A DNA stretch of 13,377 nt from an uncultured archaeon. Lineage in GTDB: Archaea > Asgardarchaeota > Lokiarchaeia > Sigyniarchaeales > SOKP01. The stretch is taken from the NCBI GenBank assembly GCA_964508365.1, contig CAZDTP010000082.1, positions 1 through 13,377 of the forward strand. The letters are read 5' to 3'. Below are positions 8,445-13,377 of the stretch, in pieces (the first letter of the stretch is position 1; each line of letters opens with the position of its first letter). A model generated the notes under the pieces. The model had not been told where the DNA came from. It made no database searches and saw nothing but the letters and a program-made list of their open reading frames with translations. The position numbers and the translations under genes are program-made.

Positions 8445-9035
8445 CTAATTATAGTCTTTTAGAGGACTCATAAAACCCCCCCTAGTTCTTTTTGTTAATG
8501 GAGTCATCTCGTTACAAATTTTTATAGCTGAGACTTGATTGGTTATAAATACCATTTGATCACACATCACGGAAATCACTGCCACAATGTCTTTTTGGGA
8601 AGAAAGAGCTTTTTTAATATCAGTCGTAGACATTTCCTTATTCTTTAATAATTCAAGTATTTGATTTGACAATGAATTATATTCTTCTCTTGAAATTCCT
8701 CTCATCTCTAGATATTTCTCGTCTCTTTTATCTGTTAGAGATTTAATGGAATTATAAACTAGAGGGATCATTTCTTTCGTTTCAATGAATAAAGTGTTAC
8801 GCATTCCACGGATTCTTCCCAAATTCTTCTCTTTATAGAGTGCTATATTCAAATCTTCTTTATTGAAGCTAATAGTTCTTGTAAAAAGAGTTAAATATGG
8901 TCCAAGAGTCTCTGTAGCATGTAAACCACACAGATCATCTGCAATTTGAAGGATATCATTAATTTTAGTGTCCTCTGTGAGATGTTGTTTTTTTAAAATA
9001 AACTGATTTGCACCATCTAATGTTAAGTTCTTCAT
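8445..9035 (-). pseudogene. HTH_42 (AlkZ/YcaQ-like winged-helix) protein, apparently 3'-truncated
   Basis: N-terminal pattern KQHL..GLHAT..PYLTLFTR..RIRGMRNTLF resembles HTH_42 proteins. At 196 aa it is about half the usual family length, and the last ~30 aa look non-homologous. Confidence 0.55.
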
Positions 9036-9194
9036 TAAAACTCATGAATCATAATTAGGTTTAATATTTAAAAGGATTATTTTAAAAAGTTATTATAAAA
9101 ATAAAATAAATCAATTTAATTGAATAACCTATATATACTAGATAGCTTCTATATTTGATTTGTCTACGTTACATTTAAAAATGGTGGTAATTAA

Positions 9195-9836
9195 ATGACA
9201 AATTTAAAAATTTTGGAAGATTTAAAAAAAGCAGTTCTTGAGGGGGACGATGATATTGCTCAAGAACTTGCTCAAAAGGCTTTAGAACAAGATATAGAAC
9301 CGATGATTATTGTAAACCAAGGTATTATCCCTGGAATTCAAGAAGCTGGAGAGCTATGGAAGCAAAATGAATATTTTCACACGGATATTATTTTATGTGC
9401 TGAAGCTTTCCGTTTGGCTATGGAAATTATCGAACCAAAACTTTCAGCGGGAGAAAGAGGTTCTTCTGGAAAAATAATAATCGGAACAGTTGCGGGAGAT
9501 ATGCATAATTTGGGTAAGATCATGGTTAATGCGACTCTTCGAGGAGGAGGTTTTGAAGTTATTGATTTAGGAGAAGATGTATCGAAAGAGACTTTTATAC
9601 AAACAATTAAAGAAGAAAAACCAGATATTTTGGGTTTAGGATGTTATATGACGACAACAATGCTAGAGATGAAAGAAATAGTCAAACAACTTGAAAATGA
9701 AGGATTGAGAAACAGTGTTAAAGTTTTAATTGGTGGAGTACCTTGCACTCAAGAATTTGCTGATGAAATAAAAGCTGATGCTTGGGGTAAAGACGCATTT
9801 GATGCAGTAGAAAAAGCGAAAGAGGTTATGGGGTGA
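9195..9836 (+). CDS. Corrinoid (cobamide-binding) methyl-carrier protein, MtaC/MtbC/MttC-like
   Basis: N-terminal cap (AVLEGD..GIIPGI..GELW); IIGTVAGDMHNLGK (DxHxxG, H104); GFEVIDLGEDV; MTTTM; KVLIGG. GGTGGT at 9183-9188 upstream. Confidence 0.92.
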   Translation: MTNLKILEDLKKAVLEGDDDIAQELAQKALEQDIEPMIIVNQGIIPGIQEAGELWKQNEYFHTDIILCAEAFRLAMEIIEPKLSAGERGSSGKIIIGTVAGDMHNLGKIMVNATLRGGGFEVIDLGEDVSKETFIQTIKEEKPDILGLGCYMTTTMLEMKEIVKQLENEGLRNSVKVLIGGVPCTQEFADEIKADAWGKDAFDAVEKAKEVMG

Positions 9837-9842
9837 TTTAAT

Positions 9843-11432
9843 ATGGCTCAAACAGGAGAAGTGAAAAAGGATTTAGGAAGTGTTCTTTCAGCTGGAGATA
9901 AAGGATATATTTCTATTTTAGCTCAATGCCATGATCATGTAATGTATTTAGCAGAAGTTCCAGCTAAACCCTTCTTTACTGATTTTAATTTAAATTTTGA
10001 AATAGGTGGATTAGTGGGAAAATATTATGATTTAGATGGTCCAGCAGGAGGATATGATTCCTATGATTTAGAAGTAGAAGCGTTAGGAGGTAAATTAATT
10101 TATGGCGAAAATTCTATGCCTACTATTGATTTCCGTCAACCATTAATTAAGAACTATGAAGATTTAGAAAAATTAAAAAATAAAAAAATCGATTTTCAGA
10201 ATGCTGGACGCTTTCCGATGATCTTAAATACTAAAGGCTCAATGGCGAGTGGAATGTGCATATTTTGCTCGCCTTTTAGCTTAGCAGTTGGATTGATGGG
10301 ATTTCCAAAACTCATTAGAGCAATGAAAAAGGACCCAAAATTATATCATGGAGTAATGAGTTTTGCTGTTGATGATGTTTTAGCACCTTGGATTAGGATT
10401 CAAAACGAGACAACGGGTAATTTATTGGGAATAGGCGCTGATGCTTGGGCTAGCGTTCCAAATCTATCACCCAAAGAAATGATGGATTGGATTGTTCCCT
10501 ATAATCAACGACTCGACAAAAAATGTAAAGAATTTGGATTAATAACTATGAATGTCACTGGAGATTATTGTGAAGAACGATTGGAAAAATTTGATCCAAA
10601 AATACTTCATGATAGTTTTGATGTAGAAATTGCGAGTATGGGTGGCCAACCAGCATTATTCTTAGTAATGGGTCGATGGCACGAATACCCTCTTAAGGCA
10701 GTACGCGACTACACTGAGAAATTCCGAAAAGAAGGTAAAAATGTATCAATAACAGCAGGGATAAATGCTCGATTACTCCGTGATGGACCCATAGAGAAAA
10801 TTGTAGATAATATCAAAAGATTCATTGATGCCTTTGGACGAGATCATAGCCTAAGTATTATATTATCAAACATTCCTGCAGATACTCCTTCGGAACACAT
10901 TCATGCGGCAGTAGCTGCAACTCATACCTATGGAAAGTTCCCTATCGCAGATAACCTAGACGAGATTGAATTAAAGATTCCAACAAAAAAACCATTTAAA
11001 GAATGGAGAATTGAGAACGAATCTATTGTAAAAGCTAAAATGAAAGAAGAAGCTAAAAAAGAAAGATGCGGTCTTGCTGGATTACTCTGGCAACAAATGG
11101 GACAGATAAACCAAAATAAAAAATTCAAAGAAAATTATGCCGATGCAAAGATGAGTTTTCTATACAATCTTACGGATCAACGCTATAGTGCGTTAATTAC
11201 AGTTGAAAACGGAACTCTAGATGTGAAACACATTGAAAACGACGGGGACACCATAAAGAATATGGTAGTTGATGGTTCAATAGCTTGCACTGCAAGTTTA
11301 TTTTTTGACTTTACGGGTGGTAAGATATCTAAGGTTTCAATGCTACTTAAGATGCTAACTGGTAAGTTAAAAGTTAAGGGAATGAAGAAAATGAAAGAAT
11401 TAGGTAACATTATGTCTCTTCTAACCGAGTGA
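9843..11432 (+). CDS. UroD/MtaA-fold (cobamide methyltransferase-like) protein fused to a C-terminal SCP2-like domain
   Basis: aa 1-365: DLEVEALGGK, SPFSLAVGLMG..LIRAM..DP, D..AS...LSP...WIVPY, L..GP.E.I, IPADTP.EHIHAAV. aa ~409-529: end in MLTGKLKVKG, typical of SCP2 folds. GGTGA at 9832-9836 overlaps the corrinoid gene stop. Confidence 0.75.
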   Translation: MAQTGEVKKDLGSVLSAGDKGYISILAQCHDHVMYLAEVPAKPFFTDFNLNFEIGGLVGKYYDLDGPAGGYDSYDLEVEALGGKLIYGENSMPTIDFRQPLIKNYEDLEKLKNKKIDFQNAGRFPMILNTKGSMASGMCIFCSPFSLAVGLMGFPKLIRAMKKDPKLYHGVMSFAVDDVLAPWIRIQNETTGNLLGIGADAWASVPNLSPKEMMDWIVPYNQRLDKKCKEFGLITMNVTGDYCEERLEKFDPKILHDSFDVEIASMGGQPALFLVMGRWHEYPLKAVRDYTEKFRKEGKNVSITAGINARLLRDGPIEKIVDNIKRFIDAFGRDHSLSIILSNIPADTPSEHIHAAVAATHTYGKFPIADNLDEIELKIPTKKPFKEWRIENESIVKAKMKEEAKKERCGLAGLLWQQMGQINQNKKFKENYADAKMSFLYNLTDQRYSALITVENGTLDVKHIENDGDTIKNMVVDGSIACTASLFFDFTGGKISKVSMLLKMLTGKLKVKGMKKMKELGNIMSLLTE

Positions 11433-11466
11433 GAGAACTTTTGATTAAAAATCTCTCTTTTTTTTT
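11431..11466 (+). terminator. Hairpin plus T9 putative terminator
   Basis: GAGAGA (11431-36) pairs with TCTCTC (11452-57), with an inner TTTT/AAAA stem, followed by nine T (11458-66). Confidence 0.6.
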
Positions 11467-11731
11467 AATTCAATAGTGTTTTATTACTTTTAGAGGCAAT
11501 GAAAAATGAGATAAATAAAATCGCTTCTACTATTACAATCATTATATAGTACAATACATTTTGCCCTGTAAAATCCAAATCTGAGAAGAGAAAGCTAAAC
11601 AGATATTCTCCTGATAACCAAAGTATTGATCCCACCAAGAGGATAGGATATATTCTTCCAATTAATGCTTTTCTTTGAACTGGATTAATTTCGTATCTTG
11701 ATTTCTTTTCTGATTTCTGAGATTCTACCAT
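11465..11731 (-). CDS. Small membrane protein (two hydrophobic segments), unknown function, possibly an N-terminal fragment
   Basis: ATG with AGGTGA 6 nt upstream (11738-11743). Hydrophobic stretches IYPILLVGSILWLSGEYLFSFLF and VLYYIMIVIVEAILFISFFIA. Confidence 0.55.
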   Translation of the reverse strand: MVESQKSEKKSRYEINPVQRKALIGRIYPILLVGSILWLSGEYLFSFLFSDLDFTGQNVLYYIMIVIVEAILFISFFIASKSNKTLLN

Positions 11732-12016
11732 GAATATTCACCTATTATACCTTTTTTTTAGTTTTATTAGTAAATGTTACACTCATTAGTTATAATCTTT
11801 ATTCCATTAAAATCTGGTTCGATTATTTTCAACTATAACAGTTCATGAAGAAAGTCTTAAAATCAAAATTAATCGTTTTAAAACTAATAACAATTGAATT
11901 TTAATAATAAGAACCATTTGCATGATCATAATTATTTAATCAAATACAATTAATACATATCGTTATAAGAAGAAACATTTAAAATTAGGAGGATATAAAT
12001 ATAAAAGGTGGAAAAT

Positions 12017-13377
12017 TTGTCTGAAGAACAGACCAATAGTAAACACAAAATCGGAGCATTTATATGTAGATGAGGAGTTAATATTGGAGGCATTTTAGAT
12101 GTGCCTAAAATTGTAGAAGAAATTGATAAACTCGATGATGTTTACGCTTACGAGTATTTAAATTTGTGTACGTCTGGAGGAGCTGAATTTATTAAAGAAC
12201 AAATAGACGAAAAAAAATTTGACAGAATAATTTTGGCTGCTTGAACTCCAATAACACATGAGCCAGTATTTCATGCCATTTTAAAAGAAGCAGGATTGCC
12301 ACAGAGATATTTGGAATTTGTAAACATTAGAGAACATTGTAGTTACGTACATCAAGCAATGGAAGTAAGAGATGAAGCTACACTTAAGGCAATAGAATTG
12401 GTAAAAGCAGGGATTTCAAGATCGCAATTTTTGGAAGAGATACCTACAAAAACAGTAAATGTAAAACCTACATGTTTGGTTATTGGTGGAGGGATTGCTG
12501 GTTTAAGTGCTGCAATTGATTTAGGAGATGCAGGATATAAAGTTTATTTAGTTGAAAAGAAAACTACTATCGGTGGTCGTATGTCTCAATTAGATCGAAC
12601 ATTTCCGACAGACGATTGCTCGATTTGAATTCTCGGACCTAAGATGCTTGAAGCTGATCGCCATCCAAATATTGAAATGCTTACTTATAGTGAAGTAGAA
12701 AAAGTCGAAGGATACATAGGTAACTTTAGAGTCCAAGTAAAAAGAAAAGCGCGATTTGTAATTGAAAGCGAATGTACTGGCTGTGGTGCATGTACGGAAG
12801 TATGTCCTATATACGTTCCTAATTATTTTGATGAAAATCTATCGGCTCGTAAGTGCATCGATATTTCATTTGCTCAAGCAGTTCCGGCAGTTTATGATAT
12901 TGTAAGAGAATCGTGTGTAGAATGTTTTGCATGTGTCGAGTCTTGTGATTTGGAAGCAATTGACTTTAGCCAACAAGACGAAATAATAGAACTTGAAATA
13001 GGAACAATAATAGTGGCAACAGGATGGGACATATATCAAGAAGACGATTATGGCTACGGAAAATACGAGAATGTAATCACACAGATCCAATTAGAAAGGA
13101 TCCTTGCTCCAAATGGTCCTATGTTCGGTCATTTGGTACGCCCCTCAGATAGAAAACGTCCAAAGAAAATATTATTCATTAACTGCGTAGGATCAAGAGA
13201 TATAAAAAAGAATGCATATTGTAGCGTAGTTTGCTGTAATTTATCTGTTAAGAATTCCAAACTTATAATCTCAGAATATCCCGATTCCGAAATTACCGTA
13301 TGTTATATAGATATGAGATGTGGGGGGAAGATGTATGAAGAGTATTATAAAAGAGCCAGAGACGCAGGAATTCTTTT
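12017..13377 (+). CDS. hdrA: Heterodisulfide reductase subunit A-like selenoprotein with three in-frame TGA (Sec19, Sec76, Sec204); 3'-truncated by window edge
   Basis: TTG 12017 (or GTG 12008) opens one frame whose only stops are TGA 12071, 12242 and 12626. Motifs: FICRUGVNI, LCTSGG, AAUTP, VNIREHCSYVH, GGGIAG, GGRMSQLDRTFPTDDCSIUILGPKM, CTGCGACTEVCP, CVECFACVESC, NCVGSRD, YCSVVCC, YIDMR. AGGTG at 12006-12010 fits as an SD for TTG 12017. Confidence 0.93.
12071..12073 (+). other. Predicted selenocysteine codon 1 (C-R-U-G-V-N-I)
   Basis: TGA sits at the second Cys of the HdrA N-terminal CxCGxNI motif. Confidence 0.85.
12242..12244 (+). other. Predicted selenocysteine codon 2 (A-A-U-T-P)
   Basis: TGA sits at the Cys of the HdrA AAC(S/T)P motif. 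Confidence 0.85.
12626..12628 (+). other. Predicted selenocysteine codon 3 (D-C-S-I-U-I-L)
   Basis: TGA sits at the second Cys of TFPTxDCxxCILxP, the position known to be Sec in Methanococcales HdrA. Confidence 0.92.

Noticed and set aside
9195-11432. Pyrrolysine read-through or methylamine methyltransferase system
   Set aside because: No in-frame TAG within a homologous frame and no MttB/MtbB/MtmB-like gene in the window.
11732-12016. 5' UTR SECIS-like ATGA motifs upstream of hdrA
   Set aside because: No stable helix with a matching GA partner could be built by eye.
12088-12275. Short hairpins downstream of UGA1 (12092-12111) and UGA2 (12257-12275) as bacterial-type SECIS
   Set aside because: They are only 6-7 bp, AT-rich and dissimilar to each other, with nothing comparable after UGA3. 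Chance is a sufficient explanation.
12296-12628. 110-aa ORF as a standalone gene
   Set aside because: It is the segment of hdrA between Sec codons 2 and 3; homology continues in frame on both sides.
10928-13090. Minus-strand ORFs 10928-11128, 11183-11410 and 12866-13090
   Set aside because: Antisense to the methyltransferase-SCP2 gene or hdrA; no independent support.
12017-13377. hdrA as a pseudogene, or genome-wide TGA reassignment
   Set aside because: All three stops are TGA at conserved Cys with no frameshifts. Other genes use TGA as stop and TGG for Trp.
1-13377. CRISPR arrays, rRNA/tRNA genes, intact mobile elements
   Set aside because: No spaced direct repeats, cloverleaf-like segments, transposase ORFs or terminal inverted repeats were seen by eye.

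Overview
AT-rich window, probably archaeal. GGTG(A)-type Shine-Dalgarno motifs, a Sec-recoded HdrA and the gene content suggest Asgard/Lokiarchaeia; this is an inference. It encodes an anaerobic redox and C1 cluster. From left: the 3' end of an L-serine dehydratase alpha subunit (+). Then, on the minus strand, a 920-aa HdrD-like protein with a whole GltD/NfnB-like flavoprotein module nested in its first CCG domain, followed by nfnA and nfnB. Divergent from these is a tungsten AOR-family oxidoreductase with a 4x[4Fe-4S] partner. Next come an apparently truncated HTH_42/AlkZ-like gene, a corrinoid protein, a UroD/MtaA-fold protein fused to an SCP2-like domain, and a small membrane ORF. The main feature the ORF track misses is a continuous hdrA frame from 12017 to the window end. 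It has three in-frame TGA codons, each at a conserved Cys position, so it is a predicted triple-selenocysteine HdrA. All family calls come from motif recognition; no database search was run, so novelty is unverified.
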